Of a stretch of DNA of 64,000 nucleotides, positions 55,811 to 63,998 are shown piece by piece; within the stretch, counting starts at the first letter, position 1, and the number at the start of each line of letters is the position of its first letter. The notes beneath the pieces were generated by a model. That model saw only the letters and a program-made list of their open reading frames with translations, did not search any database and was not told where the DNA came from. The position numbers and the translations under genes are program-made. The stretch lies in contig CAZAPS010000003.1 in NCBI GenBank assembly GCA_964487355.1, forward strand, positions 8,597-72,596, written 5' to 3'. Source of the DNA: an uncultured Oscillospiraceae bacterium. GTDB taxonomy: Bacteria > Bacillota > Clostridia > Saccharofermentanales > Fastidiosipilaceae.

Positions 55811-56881
55811 TCACGCGCCGCGGTTGAGCGCCAGGCGGATGGCGTAATCGATCGCGTTGACCAGGCTGCTCTCACTGCTCGTCCCTTTTCCAACCTGATC
55901 GAACCCCGTTCCGTGATCGACACTGGTCCGGATAATCGGCAATCCTAAAGTGATGTTGACCCCCTCCACCGCCTTCCAGCTTTGTTCTTCGCGGTCGTAG
56001 ACGAAGCCTATTGTTTTTAAAGGGATATGTCCCTGATCGTGGTACATACAGACAACGATGTCATACCAGCCACCTAAGGCTTGGGGGAACACAGTGTCGG
56101 GGGGGACGGGCCCAATGGCGTCGATGCCCTCCGCCCGCGCGGTCTCAATCGCCGGTATGATCTCTTCAATCTCTTCATAGCCGAAGAGTCCGTTCTCACC
56201 CGCATGTGGGTTCAGCCCATTGACGGCTACACGCGGATTGTCGATTCCCAGCTCTTGACAGGCATGATGGGCGATCCTGATCACATCGAGCACACGCTCT
56301 TTTTTCACCCGATCACAAGCCTCACGCAGCGAGACATGGGTGGAAATGTGAACGACTCGCAGGTCGTGGTGCGCCAGCATCATGCTGTACTTTTGAGTTC
56401 CTGTATAGGTCGCGTAGATCTCCGTATGTCCATCAAAATGTGTATATCCGTCTGAATGCGCGCCTTGGTCCGACTCAAGCGCCAGATTCATCGCTTTCTT
56501 GTTCAGCGCGTTCGTGCAGGTCGCGTCCACTTCGCCGGCCAGAGCCAGTTCGATGACCTTTCTCACGCACTGAAAAGCCGCATATCCACCCGCGACACTG
56601 ACCTCTCCAAGTGGCAGATCGCTCGGATCCGAAATCAATTCCAAATGCAGCACATCAATCGTGCCCGGCGAAAACACGGCGTCGGAGACCTGCTCGCAGC
56701 GGTGAATCCGCAGATCACGGCGTCCAACGAAACCGGTCGCCTGTTCAATCATTTTGGCGTCGCCAATCACGATGGGGCGGCAGCGCCGATACAGATCCTC
56801 GTGTGCCAGAGCCTTCACTGTGATTTCCGGTCCGTTGCCGGCCGGGTCACCCATTGTGATTCCTATGATCGGTCTCTTCAT
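55811..56881 (-). CDS. PdxA-family NAD-dependent dehydrogenase (PdxA2-type, 4-phospho-tetronate dehydrogenase candidate)
   Basis: 356 aa with IGITMGDPAGNGPEI, HISTHVSL and VDHGTGFD blocks. SD AAGGAGG lies upstream. Confidence 0.85.
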   Translation of the reverse strand: MKRPIIGITMGDPAGNGPEITVKALAHEDLYRRCRPIVIGDAKMIEQATGFVGRRDLRIHRCEQVSDAVFSPGTIDVLHLELISDPSDLPLGEVSVAGGYAAFQCVRKVIELALAGEVDATCTNALNKKAMNLALESDQGAHSDGYTHFDGHTEIYATYTGTQKYSMMLAHHDLRVVHISTHVSLREACDRVKKERVLDVIRIAHHACQELGIDNPRVAVNGLNPHAGENGLFGYEEIEEIIPAIETARAEGIDAIGPVPPDTVFPQALGGWYDIVVCMYHDQGHIPLKTIGFVYDREEQSWKAVEGVNITLGLPIIRTSVDHGTGFDQVGKGTSSESSLVNAIDYAIRLALNRGA

Positions 56882-56907
56882 CCCGGTCCTCCTTAGTCAA
56901 TGGCCGC

Positions 56908-57816
56908 TTAATTCATACCTTTGGCCGCATTCTCCGCCAGCACCTGTTTCAACGCCTCGACGCCTTCTTCAGGCACCTGGTTGAATGGCGCGCGGCACTT
57001 GCCCACACCATGGCCCAGCAAAGCGACCGCCGTCTTGACAATCGTGTTTGGGTTGCCGTACTTAAAGCAGTTACGAAATGATTGAATGGAGTCATTCGCG
57101 GCCATCGCCTCCTCAATCTTTCCAGCTTTGAAAAGATCATAAATAGATGCCATGACATGAGGGTAGACATTGGCGCAGCCGGCGATACCACCGGTTCCGC
57201 CCGCCAACAAAGTCCAGATAATCAACTGATCGTTCCCGGACAAGGTGGAAAACTTACCACTGGTTTGATCCTTCGTCGCGGTGATATAACCCAGGATGTT
57301 CGCAAAATTACCCGACGAATCTTTGGCGCCGACGACATTCTCAATTTGCGCCAATTTGCCAACGGTCGCCGGTGTCAGAGCGTTGCCTGTGCGCGCGGGG
57401 ATGTTATACAGCACGATCGGCATATCGACCGCGTCAGCTACGGTTTTATAATGCTCATACAGTTCATCCTGACTAGCGGCGGCGAAGCTGGGTGTGATAA
57501 TCGAAAGCACATCAGCTCCCAGTGAGTGGGCCATCTGACTTTGTTCGATGGTCTCTCGGGTGGAGACACATCCTGTACCGGCATAGACCGGCACACGCCC
57601 GTTACACTCGTCGATCACGGTGCGCAAAACCAGTTCCTTCTCCTGTCCATTCAGGATATAGCCTTCACCGTTTGTTCCAAAGCAGAACAGCGCGTGCACA
57701 CCGCCTTCGATCTGTCGATTGACCTGCGTGCGCAACTCGGCGACATTGATTGATTCATCCGCGTTCATCGGCGTGATGATCGGAGTGATGATGCCTTTGA
57801 TTTCGACTGTTTTCAT
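56908..57816 (-). CDS. DHDPS/N-acetylneuraminate-lyase family class I aldolase
   Basis: 302 aa from the ATG at 57816 (SD GAGGAG), with GTNGEG, YNIPARTG and a VGAKDSSGN Schiff-base Lys context. The track ORF extends to 57852. Confidence 0.8.
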   Translation of the reverse strand: MKTVEIKGIITPIITPMNADESINVAELRTQVNRQIEGGVHALFCFGTNGEGYILNGQEKELVLRTVIDECNGRVPVYAGTGCVSTRETIEQSQMAHSLGADVLSIITPSFAAASQDELYEHYKTVADAVDMPIVLYNIPARTGNALTPATVGKLAQIENVVGAKDSSGNFANILGYITATKDQTSGKFSTLSGNDQLIIWTLLAGGTGGIAGCANVYPHVMASIYDLFKAGKIEEAMAANDSIQSFRNCFKYGNPNTIVKTAVALLGHGVGKCRAPFNQVPEEGVEALKQVLAENAAKGMN

Positions 57817-57912
57817 TGTTTTTCTCCTCATATGCTTAATCTGTGCCCACAACTACATGATTCGTAACCTTGTTTAGCGAGGTCGAACGGATGACCTGCT
57901 TTTATACCGTAC

Positions 57913-59079
57913 TTATAGAATTTCCATATATAACTTACGGGCATCATCCGCCCCAACCTGACGCATGTTGTTCACCAACAGGCGCTGCACTTCCATACCC
58001 GCTTCCACCAGACCTTCGAGATCTTCCTTCGGCACATTGAACTCTTGTAGACTGATCGGAATATCCAGATGTCTGACCATGTCCTCAATCCGTTGAATGA
58101 CCCAATCTGTCTTCTCCTCTACGCTCCGGCTATCATCGCCGTCATGACAGCAACGGTCATAGACAATCGCCAGTCTCTCTCGCACAGCCGGCTCTTCGCT
58201 GTTGAAACGCATGACAGGCGCCAGTAAAATCGCGTTGGACACACCATGCGCGATGTGGTATTTGCCACCCAGGGGATAGCTCAAAGCGTGCACCGCGGTC
58301 GTGCCACTCGAAGTGATCGCCAGGCCACCATAGAATGCCGCTATCTGCATCGCGCTTTTGTCATCCATGGCTTCGGGGTCATCGCAGGCTCGCTCAAGAT
58401 GCTTGAAAATCAGATCCATGCCTTCCAGCGCGTACAGATCGCTGAAAATGTTGGCTTTGTTACTGGTGAAGCACTCAATACAATGGCAAAGCGCGTCGAG
58501 GCCGGTCGAGGCCGCGATGGCGCGGGGCAGCTTCTGAATCATGCGGGCATCCAGGATGACGTAATCCGCGATCATATGCGGGTTGACGATCCCCACCTTC
58601 AATTCTTTTTCGGGCACAGCCACAATCGCGTTTGGTGTGACTTCGGCGCCGGTACCGGCCGTTGTGGGAATCACGACGATTTGAACGCATTTTTTCGCCC
58701 GCCCCGGTTCGTCAAGAAGCTCTTTGACTCCATACTCATCAGTCACAAGTACGCCGGCCAGTTTCGCCGCGTCGATGACCGACCCACCTCCGCAGGCCAC
58801 AATGAAATCAGCCCCATCGCTTTTAAACTGATCGATCACAGCCTGAACCTGCATATAATTGGGTTCGGCAGGCAGATCGTCATATACTGTGCACTCGGCT
58901 CCCGCCGCCGCGATAGCCGCCAAAGGAAGGTCAACCAAGCCCGTCGCCTGTATACCTTTGTCGGTAAACAAAGCAACCTTCTTTGCTTCCACAGACTGCA
59001 AAATATCCGTGAGCCGGTCGATAGAGTTCTCTCCGCCGTAAACAGCGTTCGGCAAGGTCAGGTTATACTGTTTTAACAT
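57913..59079 (-). CDS. Iron-containing (group III) alcohol dehydrogenase
   Basis: 388 aa with GGGSVIDAAK and His-rich metal-site blocks (ALCHCIE, HALSYPLG..HIAHG). SD AAGGAG lies upstream. Confidence 0.85.
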   Translation of the reverse strand: MLKQYNLTLPNAVYGGENSIDRLTDILQSVEAKKVALFTDKGIQATGLVDLPLAAIAAAGAECTVYDDLPAEPNYMQVQAVIDQFKSDGADFIVACGGGSVIDAAKLAGVLVTDEYGVKELLDEPGRAKKCVQIVVIPTTAGTGAEVTPNAIVAVPEKELKVGIVNPHMIADYVILDARMIQKLPRAIAASTGLDALCHCIECFTSNKANIFSDLYALEGMDLIFKHLERACDDPEAMDDKSAMQIAAFYGGLAITSSGTTAVHALSYPLGGKYHIAHGVSNAILLAPVMRFNSEEPAVRERLAIVYDRCCHDGDDSRSVEEKTDWVIQRIEDMVRHLDIPISLQEFNVPKEDLEGLVEAGMEVQRLLVNNMRQVGADDARKLYMEIL

Positions 59080-59211
59080 GTTCTAAACTCCTTAAAACTT
59101 AGGTCCATCGATTCAAATATCACAGCGAGCTGTCGGATCATGCGAAAGACACATATGACGCGTCCATAGTCCAAAACTCGGCAAACAAGCTTTGGTGACT
59201 CCATATGATCC

Positions 59212-60378
59212 TTAGACACCCTTGGCGGCGGTTGGATTGTAAAGGCCAACCTTTTCACGTTTTTCGCCCATCACATCCGCTTCGGTGAAACGCATCCATT
59301 TGATTGTCTGACGTGTCCAGGCAACAAACGCGAGCATTAGATCATCATTTTGACACTGCATCAGATAAGGATATTCATACTGCAAATTATTCGTGCGATT
59401 CTCCTCGCCCATGAAACCTTCGCCACGTTCCATCCAGCGGATCAGAGGGAAGCTCAAACCGCCATCTTCAGACAGGGCCACCGCCACAGGGCAGCGCAAT
59501 CCGGGCCAGGCCGCTTGTCCTGAAACAGGCTCAGGCGTCTGAGTCGGGTTATACGCGATGGCCACACGCCCACTTTTCAGACGCGTCGCGCTGATCGATG
59601 AATTATTGTTGGGCAACGGTGTTGGTTGTGGAACTGTCCAGGTATCACCCCAATCGAAGGATTCACTGCGGTAGATATAATTGGCCTCACGGCTTCGCAT
59701 GAACGCCAAAAGGTGACCATCGTCCATCTCGACCACATTCGGATGGACACGGCCGTGACTGCCCGGCATCATGACTTGACGCCAGGTCTCTCCGTTATCA
59801 TCCGAGATCTGGAAAGCCGACGGATCCCCGGCCAGTCCTTCTTTCGAGTCGGTACAAATCCAATTGCCGAAGATCCAGCGACCGTTCTTCAGCATCTGAA
59901 TCGGCTGCCTCGCGAACGTGCCCTCTTTAGGAAAGACCGTCTCGTAAGCCGCCCAGGTTTTACCCCCGTCCGCGCTCCGCTGGCGCCTTACAACAGACGT
60001 GAACTGCATGTTGTCTTTTCCTTCAACACGATCCAGCTGAGCCGTGTACATCGCCCAGACCTGCTGATCCGGTCCATAGAAAAGCGATGGATTTTGTTCG
60101 CTGCGATCCGGATCAGACGATACGTCAACCGGTGCTTCCCAAGCGTCCGCTCCCTGCGGTAAACGGGCACAGACAATATGCGTGTCCGCGGATCCTTCAT
60201 AAGTTCCGGCAAACCAGGCACAAAGCACATCGCCATTGGGCAGCTCCAGCAGCGCCGGCGCGTGACAGGAAGGAAACCCACCATCAGGCAACTTCGCCTC
60301 AAGCGTCCCCATATCTTTGTTGAAATAGATTTTTCCGTCCGTGGTCAATCCGGGCAAGACCGGATAATTCTTCTTCAT
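59212..60378 (-). CDS. Signal-peptide-less BNR/Asp-box (sialidase-fold) beta-propeller protein
   Basis: 388 aa with four Asp-box-like motifs (SADGGKTW, SDDNGETW, SFDWGDTW, SEDGGLSF) and no hydrophobic N-terminus. Confidence 0.75.
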   Translation of the reverse strand: MKKNYPVLPGLTTDGKIYFNKDMGTLEAKLPDGGFPSCHAPALLELPNGDVLCAWFAGTYEGSADTHIVCARLPQGADAWEAPVDVSSDPDRSEQNPSLFYGPDQQVWAMYTAQLDRVEGKDNMQFTSVVRRQRSADGGKTWAAYETVFPKEGTFARQPIQMLKNGRWIFGNWICTDSKEGLAGDPSAFQISDDNGETWRQVMMPGSHGRVHPNVVEMDDGHLLAFMRSREANYIYRSESFDWGDTWTVPQPTPLPNNNSSISATRLKSGRVAIAYNPTQTPEPVSGQAAWPGLRCPVAVALSEDGGLSFPLIRWMERGEGFMGEENRTNNLQYEYPYLMQCQNDDLMLAFVAWTRQTIKWMRFTEADVMGEKREKVGLYNPTAAKGV

Positions 60379-60422
60379 AAAACTAACTACCTTTCTCTGG
60401 TTATAGCTGACTCATGCTGATT

Positions 60423-61682
60423 TCAATTGCCATCATTCCGTTGCGCGACTATATTCGTTAGCAGATCCACCTCCCCGAATCCACCCGATTTTGTAATCAC
60501 CTCGTGCCACCGTCCGTCATAGTTGAAGCGCGACAAGACAACGCCGGCCGCAAGTTCACCCAGCGGTTCCAATTCATTGATCCCAATAAAACGCATACAG
60601 GCAAAGAGTGTGTCTCCACCCGTAATCAACAGGGTTCCCGTTTCCGGATTATTCAGCAGTGAATGAACAATGTGCCCTAGAGAATCCGCGACCCGCGTTC
60701 TTTGCTTCGGATCATCCATTCCAAGTGTCACCACATCGCCCTCACGCGCCGCTGCCACACCATCGCTTACATCGACAATGCTGTGATTGTGTTGACCGAC
60801 CATCTCGTTGATGGCATCCACCGTCCGTCGACCGGCCTCGGTTCGCCAATAGCCTTCTGTCAGTCGTTGTTCCGGGGTCAAACTGTACCGGGCAAAGCCA
60901 TGCCGCTGGGCATGATCCAGTTGGTTCAGCGTGATCTGATTCACACTTCCACTCACCACTGTAAGTCGAGCATCACGAAAGCCTGTTTGCGAAACAGGTT
61001 TTATCTCAAAGCCGAACAGTTCAGGCAAGACATTCGCCAAGCCGCCACAGCCCGCCAACAAGGTAATCTGTTTTTGAGCCATGATCTGCCCAACCGTTTT
61101 CTCGAGATCCTCTCGTGTTGAGGCGTCAAAGACGAGAATTCCCTCTTCGTCAGGCAACTTTGTCTCTTCATTCAAAGCGGGAAACGTATGCACAGGCACA
61201 TCGCTCTGACTCCCGATCAGTTCGGTGATTTTTGAATGGAGCACGGGTTCGAAAGGGTCCTGTCCAAAAACACTCTGCGCGACAGGTAAATTTTCTATAT
61301 ATTGTTCGGCGTTTATCGTAAAACGATTCATTTGAGGGTATGCCGGTAAAAAAGCCAATCGTTCACGGCCACTCTCTCGCAAAACAGCGGCCAATTCAGC
61401 TCCGACATTGCCCCGCAAGGCTGAATCTGTCTTTTTGAAAATGTAGGGTATGTCCATGCGAACAGCCTGACGCACGATGTCGGCCACGGTTTCATACGCG
61501 TCAGCAGGCGTCAGGTGGCGTGTTTCCGCGTCTATAATCAGCACATCAAGACAACCACTATGTTTTGACCACTCCTGTAGCGGTGGAGTGATCACCTTGA
61601 TTGTGGCCGTGCTCACCGCGAAGGCCACCGCTGTATCCAACGCCCCCGTGAAATCATCTGCAATAATCAACAGCTTAGGCAT
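60423..61682 (-). CDS. Four-carbon acid-sugar kinase family protein (DUF1537; DtnK/DenK/OtnK family)
   Basis: It carries the family N-terminal signature LLIIADDFTGALDTA. I prefer the ATG at 61682 (GGAGAA 8 nt upstream) over the TTG at 61697 used by the track. Confidence 0.85.
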   Translation of the reverse strand: MPKLLIIADDFTGALDTAVAFAVSTATIKVITPPLQEWSKHSGCLDVLIIDAETRHLTPADAYETVADIVRQAVRMDIPYIFKKTDSALRGNVGAELAAVLRESGRERLAFLPAYPQMNRFTINAEQYIENLPVAQSVFGQDPFEPVLHSKITELIGSQSDVPVHTFPALNEETKLPDEEGILVFDASTREDLEKTVGQIMAQKQITLLAGCGGLANVLPELFGFEIKPVSQTGFRDARLTVVSGSVNQITLNQLDHAQRHGFARYSLTPEQRLTEGYWRTEAGRRTVDAINEMVGQHNHSIVDVSDGVAAAREGDVVTLGMDDPKQRTRVADSLGHIVHSLLNNPETGTLLITGGDTLFACMRFIGINELEPLGELAAGVVLSRFNYDGRWHEVITKSGGFGEVDLLTNIVAQRNDGN

Positions 61683-61932
61683 CTCTTTTTTCTCCAAACC
61701 AGCGACAAGTTCATTGTGTTTATAGATGTATTTTGTCAGGGAGAATCAGCATGAACAAGATCACATTCTGTGAAATATGTATCTATTTGAAACGTTTTTA
61801 ATGTTTCCGCACGTACCATCTATTAAGCATTGTCATATTGAAACACTTATAACAGCATCCGCATTTCAATTTGTTCAATTATGATACAATCGAGCCAAAT
61901 GGGAGCCAAAATAATGGCGAGGTTGTCAGATT

Positions 61933-63738
61933 ATGAATAGAAATAAAGATCACATCCACATTTTGGTCATCGCGCCCTATGAGGCCATGAAGCGCTCCAT
62001 AGAACAAGCGGTGGAGGCCTACCCGCAGATCATATTGGACGTGTTTGTCGGTGACCTTGACGAGGGGGCCAATCTGGTCTCTCAACATGAGGACAGAGGT
62101 TATGATTGCGTCATTTCACGAGGCGGCACTGCTGAGCGGATCCGCGAGATCACCGAGTTGCCTGTAATTGATATAGAAATTTCTTTGTATGATGTCTTGC
62201 GAAGTTTTCAATTGGCGGAAAATTACGACAAGCGGTATGCGGTTGTCGGCTTTCCCAGTATCACGAAGTCCGCGCATACGCTCTGCGATCTGCTGCACTA
62301 TGAAATCGAAATCATTACAATCCATAGCCGCGCTGAAGTGCGGCAAGCTCTGCAACTCCTGCAAGAATCCGGCTGTAAGGCGGTTGTCAGCGACATGGTG
62401 GTTCACACAGTCGCGCGCGGCATGGAGATGGACGCGTTTTTGATCACATCGGGAGCCGAGAGTCTGCACATCGCTTTTGAGCAGGCTATCACACTGGGTT
62501 CAACGATGCGCGGCTTGCGCCTTGAGAATCTATTCTTGTCGGCAGTGCTGCAGAATGAGGAACATGATCTCATTGTTTTTGACGGGCAGGCCGAAGTATG
62601 CCATTCCACATTTCTCACTGTGAAAAGTGAGCTCTTGAAGCTGCTTCGAGACAAATTAAGACAGGTAACGGAGAAGAGCTCCGTACGGTTCTACTACAAT
62701 GAAGCGGATGACCTGTTTCTGATCACCGGGCGCGCCCTGCGCTTCAGCCGCGATCGATATGTGCTGTTTCAGATTAAAGAGGCGCAGATCAGCCTCAAAG
62801 CAAGTCGCAACGGTCTTCGATTCTACGAGCGCTCAGTCTGTGAGCGACTCTTCACAAGCAGCTTCTACAACATCAGCGGCGCCATGGGTGAACTCGAGAG
62901 CCAGCTTTCCGCACTGGCCGCGGCGCGCCAACCCATTCTGATCGTTGGTGAGCGGGGTACCGGAAAAGAGCAGATCGCAAGGACGCTCTACTTACGGGCT
63001 CAGCAATCTGAGCGACCACTCGTCACTGTGAATTGTGAACAGATTGATGAGCGTACTTGGTCCTGGTTGTTGAGCAACAGCAATTCACCGTTAGCGGGAC
63101 AGGGCGCCACAATTTATTTTCAGTATTTAGAAGAGCTAAGTGTTGAACGTGTGCATGAGCTCTCCACTTTGATCCGCGAAACCGCGCTGGAACGTAGAGT
63201 CAGGCTGCTCTTCTCAGGTGTTTGCGAAGATGAGGGCTGCATCTCAGAAGGTGGTCGTATTTTAAGCCAAACAATTAATTGCCTCACAGTTCATCTACCG
63301 ACTTTACGGCAGCGCAGCGACGAAATACCCTCTCTCGCCAGTCTGCACCTTGGTGTCCTGAACCTTGAGCTGGGCAAGCAAATCGCCGGGTTTGAGCCCG
63401 GCGCGGGAACACTCCTGCAAAATTTCCACTGGCCATACAACTATACCCAGTTTCGCCAGGTGCTGTATGAGCTGGCCGGCCTTACGAATTCAGCTTATAT
63501 CAGAGTGAACACGGTAGCCGGCGTGCTGGCCAAACAGCGGGCACTCTACCGTGACACCGTTTCCACGGCGTCGGAATCAGCTGCGCCTGATCCGCAAACT
63601 TTGGAGGAGATCATTCAGCAGGCGATGAGGCAGGCACTGGTCCAGCATGGCGGTAATCAGAGCGCGGCGGCCAGACAGCTCGGCATCGGCCGCTCGACTT
63701 TGTGGCGCAATCTGAACAAGGCGGAAGATGCTACATAA
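61933..63738 (+). CDS. PrpR_N-domain regulator with degenerate sigma-54-type AAA+ domain and Fis-type HTH
   Basis: 601 aa. The PrpR_N-like N-terminus reads ISRGGTAERIRE..PVIDIEISLYDVL. Walker A is GERGTGKE. No GAFTGA loop is present. The C-terminal HTH_8 reads QSAAARQLGIGRSTLWRNL. Confidence 0.8.
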   Translation: MNRNKDHIHILVIAPYEAMKRSIEQAVEAYPQIILDVFVGDLDEGANLVSQHEDRGYDCVISRGGTAERIREITELPVIDIEISLYDVLRSFQLAENYDKRYAVVGFPSITKSAHTLCDLLHYEIEIITIHSRAEVRQALQLLQESGCKAVVSDMVVHTVARGMEMDAFLITSGAESLHIAFEQAITLGSTMRGLRLENLFLSAVLQNEEHDLIVFDGQAEVCHSTFLTVKSELLKLLRDKLRQVTEKSSVRFYYNEADDLFLITGRALRFSRDRYVLFQIKEAQISLKASRNGLRFYERSVCERLFTSSFYNISGAMGELESQLSALAAARQPILIVGERGTGKEQIARTLYLRAQQSERPLVTVNCEQIDERTWSWLLSNSNSPLAGQGATIYFQYLEELSVERVHELSTLIRETALERRVRLLFSGVCEDEGCISEGGRILSQTINCLTVHLPTLRQRSDEIPSLASLHLGVLNLELGKQIAGFEPGAGTLLQNFHWPYNYTQFRQVLYELAGLTNSAYIRVNTVAGVLAKQRALYRDTVSTASESAAPDPQTLEEIIQQAMRQALVQHGGNQSAAARQLGIGRSTLWRNLNKAEDAT

Positions 63739-63745
63739 GTAAAAC

Positions 63746-63776
63746 AAGCCACAAGTACACAAGGTACCTGTGGCTT
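63746..63776. terminator. Hairpin terminator between the regulator gene and tRNA-Arg
   Basis: AAGCCACA / TGTGGCTT stem with an inner GTAC palindrome. Confidence 0.5.
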
Positions 63777-63843
63777 GGCTTCGTGGGTATAATATATAAG
63801 GAAGTAGGTAGTGGCGGAGAGAATGATCCGACGTGATTGAGAA

Positions 63844-63919
63844 TGGTGGGCTCGAGACGATTCGAACGTCCGACCTACCGCTTAGGAGGCGGTTGCTCTA
63901 TCCCCTGAGCTACGAGCCC
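63844..63919 (-). tRNA. tRNA-Arg (anticodon CCU)
   Basis: The minus strand reads GGGCTCG TA GCTC AGGGGATA GAGC A ACCGC CTCCTAA GCGGT AGGTC GGACG TTCGAAT CGTCT CGAGCCC A CCA. It is 76 nt with an encoded CCA. Confidence 0.95.
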
Positions 63920-63968
63920 AAATAACATCCATCACACCATCTTCACCGTAACGACACGGACCCTCGTT

Positions 63969-63998
63969 ATTTTAAACGCACGATTTGACGTTTGTCAA
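63969..63998 (-). promoter_or_regulatory. Candidate promoter for tRNA-Arg
   Basis: Minus strand reads TTGACA - 18 nt - TAAAAT, about 50 nt upstream of the mature 5' end. Confidence 0.45.

Noticed and set aside
61803-61818. Possible sigma-54 promoter (minus strand TGGTACGTGCGGAAAC) in front of the acid-sugar operon
   Set aside because: The -12 element (TTGC) is missing and the -24 GG/-12 GC spacing does not work. The adjacent regulator also lacks the GAFTGA sigma-54 contact loop.
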